64,000 nucleotides of DNA from the human T2T-CHM13v2.0 reference genome, Homo sapiens, in assembly GCF_009914755.1 (NCBI RefSeq), contig NC_060931.1; one strand, 5' to 3'. Positions 28,831-46,439 of the stretch are shown piece after piece; the first letter of the stretch is position 1, and every line of letters starts with the position of its first letter. A program made the position numbers and the translations under genes. The notes beneath the pieces are model-generated. The model was given only the letters and a program-made list of their open reading frames with translations. It ran no database searches and had not been told where the DNA came from.

Positions 28831-30365
28831 TACTATAAGATCATATGTTTTAAGTTGCTTTTGTTCTAAAAACAAAAATTTGCACTTAGCAATGTTCTTT
28901 TGCCCAGTCTTCTTCGTGGCCCAGAGTATCAATTTGCAAATTGACAGGTTGGACCTGGAGGACCTCACTAGATAAATAGAAAAAATTTACTTCCATGATC
29001 AAAATTGGTTGACTTAAATGCAGTATGGAAAAGGAGTAACAAGTAACATTACACTGGAGAAACGTTATAAACAGTACCTGCAGATGGTCAGCATTAGCAT
29101 CATCAGTGATGTCATGTTGATAGTATGCACACTTGATGTAATGAAAATGCCATTCACCTCTATGATCGTCCTCCTAAAAAACCATAACCTCAGTCTAATA
29201 AGTAACACATCAGATAAACCCATATTGAAGGACATTCTCAACAAAATACCTGACCAGAACTCAAAACTGTCAAGGTTGTCAAAAACAAGGAAAGGCTGAA
29301 AAACTGTCACAGTCTAGAAGATTCTAAGGTTTAATGACTACATGTAATATGGTGTTCTTTATAGTATTGTGGAACAGAAAAATAACACTAGATAAAAACT
29401 AAAGAAATCCAAAAAAATATGAAATTTAGTTAATGTGTCAATATTGGTTCATTAGTTATGACAAATATACCATACTAATGCAACACCTTAACAACTGGGG
29501 CAGGGTATGTGGAAACTCTTTGTGCTATCTCTGCAACTTTTCTATAAATCTAAAACTATTCTAAAATAAATTTGTTTAAAAAAAGACCAATTCCCATAAA
29601 AAATTAACTCAGAAAGAGATCAGAAGTTAGGCCTTATTAATATCACTCGAAAATTAATTACAAATATCACCCCAAAATTAATTTAGTGGGTATGGGAGAT
29701 GTGTGTGTATATGAAGCAATTGATTTTTTGGGGGGTGTTTAATGATTTGTAAGTTAAATTATGTTGAGGAACTTGGACTTGTTCAGTGCAGTTAAATGAA
29801 GCAACAGTATTATTTTGGAAGACAATTCTTTTGAATATCCTGTAATTTATTTTTAAGTATAGAATTCTTTATATCTTAAAGTTTCTAAAAAGCAGATAAG
29901 TCTATCCATTCATAATGCAGGAATATAATATTGAAATAAAATCATGGGTGACCTTCGTATCTCCTGGAATGGACGGCCTCTTGAGAAATTAACCTGTTTT
30001 CCTGGTACTAAACTAAATGAGTATATGTTGAAACTTTTGTTGACTGATAGTTTTTTTTCAGTGCAATGTATATCATGTCTTTGTCTGAAAAGGAAGCTAT
30101 CTTTTTTTTAATCATAAATTCAACATCCTCCCTGTCATTACACTACATAATAGTAGTTAGTTCTAAAAAACATATTACCTACAAGACTCACTAGAGCAGT
30201 ATGTAAGCTGTTTTGAAGAACCAGCAAGTGTCCAGGGATGAAAAATACTAGAAATAAGTGGTTATCTCCTTATGAGGTTCTCTCCCTTCAATATGAGAGT
30301 AAACATAGGTAATTGGAAATGTTGCTGTCTTCTAAGAACTTTACTGTGCTGTTTTTCCCCCTTAG

Positions 30366-30540
30366 GTTTATGATGCTGCAGTCAGGTGGTTGAAATACGA
30401 TGAACCTAATCGCCAGCCATTTATGGTTGATATCCTTGCTAAAGTCAGGTTTCCTCTTATATCAAAGAATTTCTTAAGTAAAACGGTACAAGCTGAACCA
30501 CTTATTCAAGACAATCCTGAATGCCTTAAGATGGTGATAA
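30366..30540 (+). CDS. KLHL7: KLHL7 coding exon 6 (BACK; VYDAAVRWLKYDEPNRQPFMVDILAKVRFPL...KMVI)
   Basis: TAG acceptor, GTAAGT donor, 175 nt; VRFPL BACK motif. Confidence 0.97.
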
Positions 30541-33354
30541 GTAAGTTGCCTTAATAACCATTTATAACCTGATCATGTAGCCAGTTTCTCATGGGCTTAA
30601 AACCCTTTAGAATGGATTAGACTCAGTAGCCAGGGAGAAACATTCAAGATTTTGCTCTTCTAGATAGTTAATCCCTTGGGTTTCTGAACTGTACACCTGG
30701 AAGGGACTTGGCCTCAACCCTTATTTTATAGGGGTATATGTGATAGAAGGTACAAATTACTTATGCTTTTCCTATTCTTGTATACAATAACTTTCATGCG
30801 CTTTTGTTTCTAGTGTTTCCTTTTTTATTTTACTCAGCCAAGTAGTGTACTGTGATCACATTTTCTTTCTTAAACAGTATTTTGTCTTTTTTGGCCCAGA
30901 GATAAATATTGCCACATCGTTTTCATTTGCTTCCATTTTCTTGCTTGCTGGCTAAGTCCCAACCCCTCAACACCTTTGTACAATGCCACTTAATAAAATT
31001 GTCTATACAATTAAACAATCTGTTGCTTTTCTTTCTTGGAAATATGCCTTGTAGAACCTTTCTTCTGCCTATTCCAATATGAACTGTTTGCTCTCTAGGC
31101 CTGAGGCACAGTTCTTGTCCTAGGGTTTCCTTCTGCACAATCCTGGGAAGCCATTTCACTCCTCTCCTGTTAGATCGGTTGTCTTCTTGGATCCTGGCTG
31201 TCCTCTACCTTAATTCTTTTTGTTTGATGCAACATATCCTCTAAAAGGTTCCTGATAGAGTATATTATCAGTAAATATTTGGAGGCTTGACAAATCTCAT
31301 ATGTTTATTTTATCATAAATTATTGAAGGAGGCTGGGCACAGTAGCCCACAACTCTAATCACAGCATTTTGGTAGGTCAAGACAGGAAGATTGCTTGAGG
31401 TCAGGAGTTTGAGATTCACCTGGGCAACATAGCGAGATTCCAACTCTCCAAAAAAAAAAAAACCTAGCCGGGCGTGGAGGCATGTGCCTGTGGTCCCAAC
31501 TACTCCAGTGGCTGAGGCAGGAGGATTGCTTGAGCCCAGGAGTTTGAGGTTACAGTGAGCTCTGATCCTGCCACTGCACTGCTACAGCCTGGGCAACAGA
31601 GTAAGACCTTGTCTATTTAAAAAAGAAAGAAAGATAGTTAAACTGAAGATAGAATTATGCTGAAAATCATTTTCAGTTAGAATTTATCTTCTAGCTTCCA
31701 GTGTTATTTTGAGAAGTCTAGTGCCAATCTGATCCTTTTCTTTCTTTTTTTTTTTAATTATCCATCTTTGTCTCTTGGCCTTTTTCTGAGAGAGAGCTTG
31801 ATTTTTTTCAACCCTTTTATTTCAGCTATACTTTTTAATTTCTGGAGTTTTTATTCTCTAATTTATTATTTCATGGCTGCAATATCTTATCACTCTAAAG
31901 TAGTCTTTGTAGTGCTTTTGAAGTTTTCTTATGTTGTCTGTATTTTCTATATTAGAGTTTCCTTTTCCTTTTTTTATTGGAAGCTTTTCTTAAATATTTG
32001 GTTTTATATCATATGAGAGTGAGTTATTACAAAACTGATAGATAAGGCTGTATGTATGAGTGGGCATCTCAGTTCTTGGGCTAAACTGTAGCATAATCAG
32101 AGTAGCTGGTCATTTTTAAAATTGGGGACCCCCAGATGTCAGTATTTGTAGATATTGTCTCAGGGAACTATAAGCTGGGTGTAGGCATTTGGGAACTGGA
32201 TGAAGTAATATTTTGCTATGCAGACTTTCACTTAATCCATATTTGTATTTGTTTTATTTTACTTTATTTTTTTGAGACAGAGTCTCCCAGGCTGGAGTAC
32301 AGTGGTAAAATCACAACTCACTACAGCCTTGACCTGTCCGGCACGAGTGATCCTTTCACCTCAGCCTCCCAAGTAGCTGGGACTACAGGCACACACCACT
32401 ATGCCCAGCTAATTTTTGTATTTTTTTGTCAAGATGATGTCTCGCTATCTTGTTCAGGCTGGTCTCAAACTTCTGGGCTCAAGCAACCCTCCTGCCGAGG
32501 CTTCCCAAGATGCTGGGATTACAGGCATGAACCACAGTGCCTGGCCTTAATCCATGTTTTCAGACTCCCATCCTTTTCTGTGCTGTTCTCTGAGTCTGGA
32601 ACATTTCTCTTTCAGTATTTCCAAAGACGAATCCTGTCTCCTACAGTGGTACAGGTACAGTGGGTACCTGACTGTGCAACAGGGGAAGGAGAACTGGAAG
32701 TTCAATTGTCGTTTGTTCGGTATTTTAGAGTTATCTTGTTTTCATCCCTACCTGCACTTCTAGGTACTTAGTATCTCCAATTATGAGCCTTTTCAGGGCT
32801 CTGCAGGGTAATTTAGCTTGCTTTTCATTGGTGTCTCCTGGCACAACCATTTAGGTTTAACAGACACTCCATCTGCCAGCTGTCTTCATAGATTGTGTTT
32901 TGGGGTTGCAAGTCTCTTAGTACTATCAAAGACGGAGTTTGTGTTTGTTTCTTGTTTCTTTGTTGTTTGGGATAGCTTTCAAGAGAAGAGGAGAAAAAGG
33001 ATCTTAAAATGGCCAAGTCTGATCTCATGTTGTTTTTATATTGTTAAGTCTGAACTAGTCTTTTCCTTTGTGATGTGGTTGGAAAGGTCTTCCCTGTTCC
33101 AAGGAGATTTTTAAAAATTAGCTAAATTTTCCTCTTGTGCATTTATCACTTATAGAGTTCTTCTTCTTCTTCTTCTTCTTCTTTTTTTTTTAATTTTAAG
33201 GCTATATCTTACTGAAATCTATTGGGTGTGAAATAAATAATATTTTTCCTAATATATCTGATAAGATGGCTCAATACCATTATTGAAAAATTCATTTTTT
33301 CCCACTGATTTGAAACACATTAAACTAAATTTCCATATATCTATATGTACACAC

Positions 33355-33391
33355 ATCACTTCTCAGTATTTTGGCTAAGATCAAGTATAGT
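33355..33391 (+). pseudogene. 3'-truncated U2 snRNA retrocopy
   Basis: atcacttctcagtattttggctaagatcaagtatagt matches the U2 5' end (ATCGCTTCTCGGCCTTTTGGCTAAGATCAAGTGTAGT); flanked by gtacaca repeats. Confidence 0.85.
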
Positions 33392-33629
33392 GTAGGTACA
33401 CATACACACAGTCAGTTTCTCTTCTACTTCATTCTAATACCTTTTAATTATTGTTGTACTTCATTTAAATTGCCATGTGTCTCTGGAGAATTTGTAATTT
33501 TCTTATGAGTAATTTTCTTATGAGTAATTTTCTTAATTTATTTCAGATATTTTTGTTGTCATTGTAAATTGTATCTTTTTCCTTCTATGTATTACTTATT
33601 AACCTGGACTTTTTTTTTTTTTTTTTTAG

Positions 33630-33965
<336 letters not shown>

Positions 33966-36900
33966 TAAACTCTTCAAATGTTATTTTATGTTTTATGTTT
34001 GGTAATGTCAGTATCTGAAGTCCCTGAGGAACAGTGCTGCTATTTGTTGGTTCTATTGACTTATTTCTGGTGGCGTAATTCCTTATATGTTTTGTAATTT
34101 TGAATGGTATGCTTATATTTGATTGACCTTAATCATCAGGAATATTGGGAGGCTTAGGTTGTGTCTTCTGTGTTCTCTGGCAGGTCTTCTCTCTTCTCCT
34201 CAATAGAACGGTGTTTGCTTTTGCCAAGTTCTATAGGGCACAACAATCCAGGACTACTTTGAGTTTTCTTTGGCTTATGGTTTCCTAGACTTGCAGGTAG
34301 GGTAAATTCAAACCTCGAACCTGCATGAGGGTAAGACTGTCCATATAAATTCTCAAAAGAGGGAGACTTTACCTCTACCTGAAGCTGAAGTTGAAACAGA
34401 CAAATTATTGCTGCTGCTTCTGCCATTGGGCAGGTATTTTTCTTAGCCCATCCTTTCACTAAAAGTGTAACCACCAATCCTAGTGATCCAGCTTCATCTC
34501 AGTTCCAACTCCTTATCTTGAGCAGATCCAAGACTTTATCTCCTCTGCCTCATACAGCCAATAAAAACAATTTCTAGGTTTCCAGTATTTTCATTAGACT
34601 TATCACATAGCTACTGCTTACTAGTATGATGGGGTTTTAGGTAAGTAGACCCAATGTTGTCCATAGATTGGAAAGAAATATATCCATACAATGCAATGTT
34701 CTATAGTTACTAAAAATATTTTACATGGATATCTAATAATGAAAATTTTCATAAGTGCCAAATGCATATTTTTTTTAATTAAATGAAAACAAAACTGAAA
34801 AAGACTAAGTGTGTTTGAACCTAGTCGAGGTTGTCAAAGGAAAAGGAGAAGAGATGTGTGTCAAGGACACATCCTTACAAATACCTATATTTAAGGGGTA
34901 CAAGAAAATTAAAAAAAAAAAAAAACAGCAGCCCCAAAGCTACTTGAACCAAAGGCTAGTGTCTTGGAAAACCATGGTATAAGAGAGTGTTTAGAAGATA
35001 GAACGTACATGGCCACTTGTCTCTTTAAATGCAGAGAGGAAAGAAAATCAGGACCAAGAAGATGCCTTTACATTAGGACTTTTGTCTCTTAGATTTTGAA
35101 CATGCTAGTATCAGGTTTTTTGTTATGCCCAATTCCCAAACTGTGTGTTATTTTTCTGGCCTTAGAATTTCTATTTCTTCATACATGGTCTGGGCTGTTG
35201 AAAACAACCAGCCAGTCTCAGAATCTAGTGTTTAGTTATTACATGGATTCTGAACTGATTAAGAAACAGGATAGCAGTATTATTTCAGAAATTCAACCAA
35301 GTGTGAGGATTAGACACTTGAGCAGGATGCTTTGTTGTTTAGTTTAACTTACTAGGCTTATTACATTTTTTCTTTTCCTTTTTTAAAATAAATAATAGTG
35401 GATTGTTCTATTACTCCTTGACTAAGCACAAGCAGCTGAGAAGCTTCCAAGCTTTGGGGCCTGGGCAGAGCTAAACTGGGGAAAGGCTTCCAGCCTTTCT
35501 TTTTCAGATCATCAGTTGTCTTCCTACCACCGGACTTTGTTGCCTTTCCAGAGTAGAAGAAAAACAGAAAAGACGGTTGAAAAATAACATAAAACTAAGC
35601 TTAAAAATTTTACATCCAAAAGAAAATGAATTACAAAATACAAATGAAGTGCACAGCCAAAGCCACCACAAAGGGCCAGGCCAACTTCTTACTGAAAATT
35701 TAGAAATGATTATACCTAAATCTGGAAAGAATAACTCCCAAAGGAATAAGCCTAAGCAACAATTAGCTCCTCAGAGAAAGATACCAAAGTGTCCCCCAGC
35801 CCTATTCTTGGGGAGGAAAAAAAAGGCCCATTAGTGAAAGAGCCAAAGGCATGCCTCCTCCAGTGTGTCAGCACAGTTGGCCATGGTCAGCCACTTTTAC
35901 CACATGGCCTGTTGGTGGAAACAGTTCCCTCTTGTCTCTCTCCTTCCCTCCTACCTTTCTCTTACTGGGAATATTGCGTTCATAGACTACACAGTCCACT
36001 TTCAGCCTGTGTGGAACCATCCTAGAGCAGTGGCTCTCAAACCCCTCCCTAGCATTTCTGATTCAGAAGGTCTGGGTTAGTGTTCAATAATTAGGATTTT
36101 CAACACACTTCCAGATGATACTGATGCTGCTGGTTATGGAAGCACACTTCAAGAACTACCCACAGGCTAAATGCAGACTTGAGCTAATGTGATTTTTTAC
36201 AATTGTAAAGGATTATAAAATAAACAAAGAATATTCCACAGAAACCATATGTGGCCTGCAAAGTCTATCTGTCCCTTTACAGAAAAAGTTTTCAGACCCC
36301 TGACCTAGAGCTTGCGTCAGCATGCCTTGGCCTCTGAAATATCCAGCTGTTTGAATGCAAAAGAGCTTCTACTCAAACTCTGAAATGGAAGAAATGATAA
36401 ATATTGATAAAGATGTTCATTAATTCACCAACTATTCTCCAAATGAGTTTTCTTTCTCTATCCTTTTAATAAAGACCCAACATAGCCTCATTTATAGAAA
36501 TGTTTTGCATGTGTCAGGAATTTTTGGGCCAGGCATGCTGTTTCAGGCCTGCAATCCCAGTGCTTTGGGAGGCTGATGTGAGAGGACTGCTGAGCCTAAG
36601 AGTTCAAGGTTATAGTGAGTTGTTATGGCACCACCGCACTCCAGCCCAAGTGACAGAGCAAGACCCTGGCTCTAGAAAAAAATAAAATAAAATGGCCTTA
36701 TTTTATTTTTAGATTGATAATATTGTACAATTCAAAAGGTATTAAAAGGATACATAGTGAAAAGTAAGTCTCCCTGATACCCCTTTTCCCTACTCTCTCA
36801 TTCTCTTACCCTGGAGATTAACATTATTATCTTGTATATACCCTTCCAGAGGTAGTCTTGAGATTGTGCATACAGTCATTTACTTATATATCCATGTATA

Positions 36901-38581
36901 AATTACATGTGTAAAATTTGTATATTTGCATTAAAATATACATTTTTAACACAAACAGTAGTGCACTCTGCGTACTGTTCTACATCTTGCTTTTTTTCAT
37001 TCCATATTATTTATTGGAGATCATTCCATGCGTACATACTAATCTTTCTCATCTTAACAGCCACATATAATGTTCTATTGTATAGACATAGCATAATTTT
37101 TTAACCACTTCCCTAACAGTGAACTTTAGATTGATAAACTCCTAGAAAGGGGAATTCCTGGGTTAAAGGGTGTATACATTTATAATTTTTGTAGATTGGG
37201 CTATATCACCCTTCCCATGGTTATACCCATCCACATCCCCACCATCAATGGAAGAGAGTGCTGCCTCCCCCGATACAACCATATTATACCCTGTGGTCCA
37301 GGCAGTTTGATCTTGGCCAATCTGATAAGTGAAAAAAGTATGATTTTAATTTGTATTTTTCTAACTAGAGCACTCAAGCATCTTTTCATATGTTTAAGAG
37401 TTATAGTTCTTTTTCTGTGAACTATATTCAGATACTTCACCAATTTTTGGTTAAGTTGCTGGTAATTCTTATAAATTAATAAAGTGTCTTTTAATAGTAT
37501 TTTTTATTATTTATAAATATTTTCCTAGTTTGTCATCTTTTAATTCTGCCTTTTCTTTTTGCCATGCACTATTTTAACTTAAACAAAATTTCATATAGTT
37601 AAGTCTGAACAATTTTTTCTGGCTCCTATGTTTTTGGTCATTCTTAGGCTTCTCCATTCTGGGCCTGTTTTGTTTTTTTTTTTTTCTTTTCTTTTTTTTA
37701 AGCTTTTAGTGCATTTATGGGTTTATATATTCAGATTTTTATTGATTTGAAATTGAGAGTGAAATATGAGGTAGGGGTATAATTTCTTTCTTCATATTGT
37801 TGTCTAACATAGACCATCCTCCTTTCCCACACTGATTTGAAATGATACTTTAACAGTTTTTGATTGTTAAGTGGCACTGACAAAATTAAGGAATTGCTGA
37901 AGGAAAAGGATCATGACAGATCACAGTAGTTCTGACCTTATTGCATTTTAGAGTCATCTAAGACAGTGCTTCTCAAAGTTTTATGTACATCCTAATTACC
38001 GTGGGGTGTTAAATATGCAGATGCTGATTCAGTAGGTCTGGGATAGGGGCCTGGGATTCAGCATTTCTAACAAACTCCCAAATGCTGAAGCAGGTGGTCT
38101 TTGAACCACATTTTAAGTGGCAAGATTTAAGAAGCCCTTTAAAATACCAATTCCTAAACACTACCTAGAGATTTTTATTTAATTAGTCTGTGGTAGGTCC
38201 CAGGTATCAATAGTTTCAGAGATTTTCTAGGTGATTCTAATGTAAAGATCAAGAACCACTGGGTTAGGAGATCTGGATTTCAATAATTATTATTTTGGCA
38301 GCTGTTGCTTGAGGAGCCAGATAATTCACTGGTACATAGTAGTTGCTTACTGGGTGGGGCAGTCTTAGAATAATGGTGATTGCTGAGAATAAATGAATTG
38401 GTTAGTACTCGGATCCTTATGCATTTCTCCTGCCTCTTCCCCCTCACTTTCCTCAAATGCTATAGAGATATCATAAAAGTAAGTTACTGAAATAAAGGCC
38501 CTATTATGTCTGGGTATTTCGTTTTCAAAGCACTGGTTAGTGCCTGAAGTTCTTGAAGCGTTGCCATGTATTTTACTACAG

Positions 38582-38724
38582 GTGGAATGAGGTACCATCT
38601 ACTGTCTCCAGAGGACCGAGAAGAACTTGTAGATGGCACAAGACCTAGAAGAAAGAAACATGACTACCGCATAGCCCTATTTGGAGGCTCTCAACCACAG
38701 TCTTGTAGATATTTTAACCCAAAG
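38582..38724 (+). CDS. KLHL7: KLHL7 coding exon 7 (GMRYHLLSPEDREELVDGTRPRRKK...YFNPK)
   Basis: CAG acceptor, GTAACT donor, 143 nt; TRPR linker and first Kelch GG. Confidence 0.97.
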
Positions 38725-39219
38725 GTAACTAATTTTTATTCTTGGTTTTTGTTGTTGTCTTTGAAATCACTGAACACATAAGACACTCACCAACTAGAAG
38801 TAGTAATAACTCATACCTTTAGAGATGATAGTTTATGGTGTTCTTTCACATATGTTATGAGATACATAGATCATTTTACAGATAAGGAAATCAGGCTTAG
38901 ATTCCAAATGTTTCCTTAATTGTTCTGGAATGCTGCGTGGTAACCACTGTCAAAGAAAAAGGGAAACTAGTTCTTCCTCACCCCTTTATGTCAGCAGCTC
39001 CTTGCATTCATTACAGTTTCTTCCTTATGTCCCATTTTCAATGAAAATCTCTTTCTGGGCCAAATTTGTTTGTTTTTTTCCCCTTAATAATTTTAATATG
39101 AAATAACACATAGTCATTCTAGAATATTTGGAAACCCTAGAAAACCACAAAGAAAAAAGATTAAATGACCTTTATTTGAACCACCTAGAAATGATCACCA
39201 AGTTTAGTGAACTTTTCAT

Positions 39220-41790
<2,571 letters not shown>

Positions 41791-41884
41791 TTGTGTTTTT
41801 TAATTTTTCAGGATCCTTTTGAGTGAAGAACAGGAAAATTATAAACTTTTTTTTTCCCCTAAGAAAAACTGAAATGATAGTTTA

Positions 41885-42231
<347 letters not shown>

Positions 42232-43031
42232 TTAATAATAATTACACCCAATTTGTTTCCCAAACCATAACTATGGTGTTGATTTTGGCAGTTAAAAAGC
42301 AATTAAGCCAAGTGTTGGTGGAAAATATTTTATTTTAAAATAAAGTAGATGGCTATTTTGATGTACAGATGGGCAAGAAGAATTCTGAGTTCATTTAGGA
42401 GGCAGGGAGCATTGTTCCTAGAATAAGGCAAATGTGGGATGACTCTTAGCACTTTTAGTCTGTAGTTCTAATTCTTTCCTTGATTTTTTTTTATTGGACA
42501 GTTGAAAAGAGATGCATATTCTTCTACACGAGCCTGGAAGTGAGACTGTAACTTCAGAATTCTCATTTGTTGTCTTGCCTTGCTCTTATAAATGAGTCAT
42601 TCCTAATTGCACTTTGAAAATTTATGGGAAAATTTAAATAATTGAGGAATGAACTACCAATAAAAACATTTTCATTCCATCAGTTATAGTTCTTGTATTT
42701 CATTGGTGACAGGAGGCAAATATTTGTATTTATTGATGACTAAAAAGTTATAGCAAAGAAAAATCTTTTTTCTGAATATTGACAGAAAAAGAAGTCTTGG
42801 GTTGCTATATTGAATTGAAATGATATTTTTCTTGTTATCATCCTTTTATAAAGCCTGTTGAGCTGCCTCTTCCCATCCTGTATGTTTTTAAATCATCAAG
42901 TGCTTAGTGATTTCTAAAAGAGTTATGTATTCAGTGTTCTATTTATCCTAGTATTGGTGTTCTCAATCTGTAACATGGTAATGTCTTACAATATTGATAC
43001 CTAAATAAAAGTTGACTTAACTGATCAGTTT

Positions 43032-44490
43032 TTATTTGGATTCCTCCTCCCAGTGAAATGGTGAGCTGGGGCTTTGTAAGGATCTTGGCTTCATACGGTG
43101 GAGAAACGGGAGACTATGCCCTGGAGAATATGGGACTCTGCATATTCCCTGCCAACAATAAACTAGTAGTAAGACTAGCAGGGCGAGGGCCAGAGCCTGT
43201 AAATTACTAAGGCAGAAAACTATGTGGCACCCTATTCATGGAACTACCAGGTTCAGAAGGTTTACCCTGGGTGCATTTTCATATTCAGAACTCTAAGGTA
43301 GACTCATTACTGAGCTCAGTGTCTGGCACAGGGTGAGTACTCAAGTTTATAAGGATGAATGAACCAATATAACTTTACATAATTTTCTCAGTTGGTTTTA
43401 TAAGACTGGATCTAAATATAGAAGGCTCTAAATAAAAGAAAAGAAGAGAAAAAGAAGTTATCTTTAACTTGGGACACATTTTCCTGTCAGAAATATTTTA
43501 TATTAAAGATATTGCAGTGCCTGTATCATAGCCGCCTTCCCTCTTAAACAGGTCCTCCCTAAGGAGGAAACAGTCCCACCCTGTGATCATGGCGGAAATC
43601 AGCAGTTATAAATTGTGTACGATTTTAAAAGATCATGTGCATAAACGAAGTATAAACCTTAAAGGAAAATGGTGTTACATCACAAAAAATTGAGAGTTTT
43701 ATAGCAGTATATTAGTAGCGTTTGTCACCAGCAAAGAGCTCTAGAAGTACTACACAGAAGTAAAAATGTGAACACTGCTACAATGATCAGAAGCACCTAC
43801 AAGAACAAAATATCTAAAATAGGCAGCAATCATCCCAGATGAGGTGGACCTCTAGCTGCAGGCCCCAGCAGCTGACATTGCTGAGATGCAGGTGTGGGTC
43901 ATCATGAGTATCCCTTAAGCTTCCTTAGTTGTCAGCATCATGGGCAGCCAGGGGTAAACAGTGTTCTCTGCAGTTTGTGCATGAAAGGTATTCTCCCTGA
44001 TTCTTTGAAGGCAGTTTGTTAGACAGGTGGTCTTCATGTTCATGTAAAGAAGAGAGTAAATCACATCCTGAGGTAAGTTCTCAGTTACATGCTCTGGTTT
44101 CCTAGAAGGTCTTCCAAAATAGAAATATTGAGAGTCTCAATTTCTTTTCAAGTACCTCCATAATACACTGGTCGGTAGTTTTGTTCTAAAATCAACTTCA
44201 CAGCCCCTTCCACCCCACCTTGGTATAGTGCCTGAAGTTCCCACATTCAAAGATTTGTTTCTCTTTGTGTTATGTCACTGCATCTCCAAGAAACCCCCAG
44301 TGAAAATATGACTGGCGCTGGGAGTCATGACATCAAACTCATTCTCCATAGCCACAGCTGGCCTTAATTATAAATTAACAGATCACTCTAAAAAGGGTCA
44401 GGGAGAGTGGAAACAGAGCTGCACATATTCGATTGAAGGCTGTAAATGGGAAGAAATGAGGAAAATGGGAATGTTATCTCCGTGAAGTTG
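43032..44490 (-). pseudogene. Endogenous bornavirus-like glycoprotein element (EBLG), decayed, near full length
   Basis: Collinear matches to BoDV-1 G: LQSNMCSSVST (44406-44438; cf LQGLSCNTDST), YFHWGFLG (44285-44308; cf TYWGFFG), ELTSGCDLLS (44051-44080; cf ELESGKAMLS), RKLK/RDT furin-like site (43907-43926), LQLEVHLIWDDC (43826-43861; cf LKDAWEDC), SQF (43687-43695), FPP..ITGWDCFL (43564-43598; cf YPPVDYNGRKYFL), TM helix LQALALALLVLLLVYCW (43152-43202), then stop and TAAAAA at about 43030. Confidence 0.75.
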
Positions 44491-44674
44491 TGTTGTGTCG
44501 TGTTTTTGAGACAGGGTCTTGCTCTGTCACCCAGGCTGGAGTGCAGTGGCACGGCCGTGGCTCACCGCAGCCTTGACCTCCCAGGCTCAAGTGATCCCCC
44601 ACCTCAGCCTCTCCAGTAGTTGGGACTTTGGGCACTTGCCACCACACCCCACTAATTTTTTTCATTTTTTGTAG

Positions 44675-44803
<129 letters not shown>

Positions 44804-45968
44804 TAAGGGACTCTAGCCTTTGGGAGGTAGCAAGAGAGCAGTGGGTCCATGAGCACAGGGCTGAAGGGATAAGTCAAGCTGAGGTTAACAGGGAATTCAC
44901 ACTCTTTACTAGACCATGTCACCAATAATTAATATTGGTTACCTTTGGTAATTGTTCATATGTTGACCCAGAGGTGCATTAAGAGCTGTCATCTCAGAAG
45001 TATTGAATCATATTCAGTTAGATTTGGTATGGATTATTTTCTATGAAAATTTGGTGATCCAGCTATAAAAGATAATTATCCTTACCTGTTACTAACAACA
45101 GAGTGTGTTGTATGGTTAGCTGGTTGTAAAAGTATGTTTAAATAAGTAATATTTTAGCATATATTCATGGTTCATATAGGATTTTAAATTTGTGGGTTGG
45201 ACACCAGCAAGGGATATGAAAGACACATACTACAGGACCCTGTCCTCACACACACAGTGCGTGAGGTGTACACGTAAGCACACAGCAGTTAGCACAGAGG
45301 TGGCTGTCAACACCTCTGCTGAACTTAACAGTTAATTGTCCTGATGTGTGATAGACAATGACTGTGTTGGTGGCATGGAAAGAAGAGAGCTCCCTGGGTC
45401 AGATTTGTCAACCAGGAAACCTCTGTGGAAGCTTCATGGAAGTTTTCTTGAGGGAGACTTACCCGTAGGGTTTGGGTAGGAAGAAAGAGAAAAGACTTAA
45501 AAGTATATTGAATCCTGGGTATGAATGCATCTTGACTTGGTGAGTATGATTATTAAAATTTTTCATAAAAGCCCCCAAAAGTATTGTATAACTGAATGGA
45601 ATCTAACTGGACTGCACTTTTTAAAAAAAAGGAAATTAGACATAGGTGGAAGAGCTGAAGGACTAGATCATTGGTCTTTTGTCTTTTGTGAGATCTTTTT
45701 GTTGTTTTGTTTTTAAAACAGGGTCTTCCTCTGTCAGACAGGGTGGAGTACAGTGGTAATCACTGCAGCCTTAACCTCCTGGCCTCAAGTGATTCTCCCA
45801 CCTCAGCCTCCCAAGTAGCAGGGACTACAGGCGTGCATCACCACACATGGCCATTTAAAAAAAATTTTTTTGTGTGGAGACAAGGGTCTCACTATGTTGC
45901 CCAGGCTGGTCTTGAACTCCCAGTCTAAAGCCATCCTCCTGCCTTGGCCTCCCAAAGCACTGGGATAA

Positions 45969-46280
<312 letters not shown>

Positions 46281-46439
46281 TGAGCTCAAGCAATCTGCCT
46301 GCCTCAACCTCCCAAAGTGCTAGGATTACAGCCTTGCCCCACCATCAGTTAGCCTTTCTAAACCAGTTTTCTGGTCTAAAGCCAAAAAGTTTAAATCTTC
46401 TCAGGATTTGTGTGAATGTCAGTTATGTTCATCTGACTC

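Noticed and set aside
32136-32771. Longest ORF in the track (211 aa)
   Set aside because: It runs through an antisense Alu and old repeat sequence; a typical spurious ORF, like most 60-140 aa ORFs listed.
33496-33535. Short tandem repeat (taattttcttatgag)x2.5 and other microsatellites
   Set aside because: Simple slippage duplications; there is no spacer-repeat (CRISPR-like) structure anywhere in the window.
35577-36080. Overlapping non-Alu ORFs (K/N/Q-rich 85 aa and others)
   Set aside because: Low-complexity A-rich composition with no recognisable domain or convincing exon structure; left unassigned.
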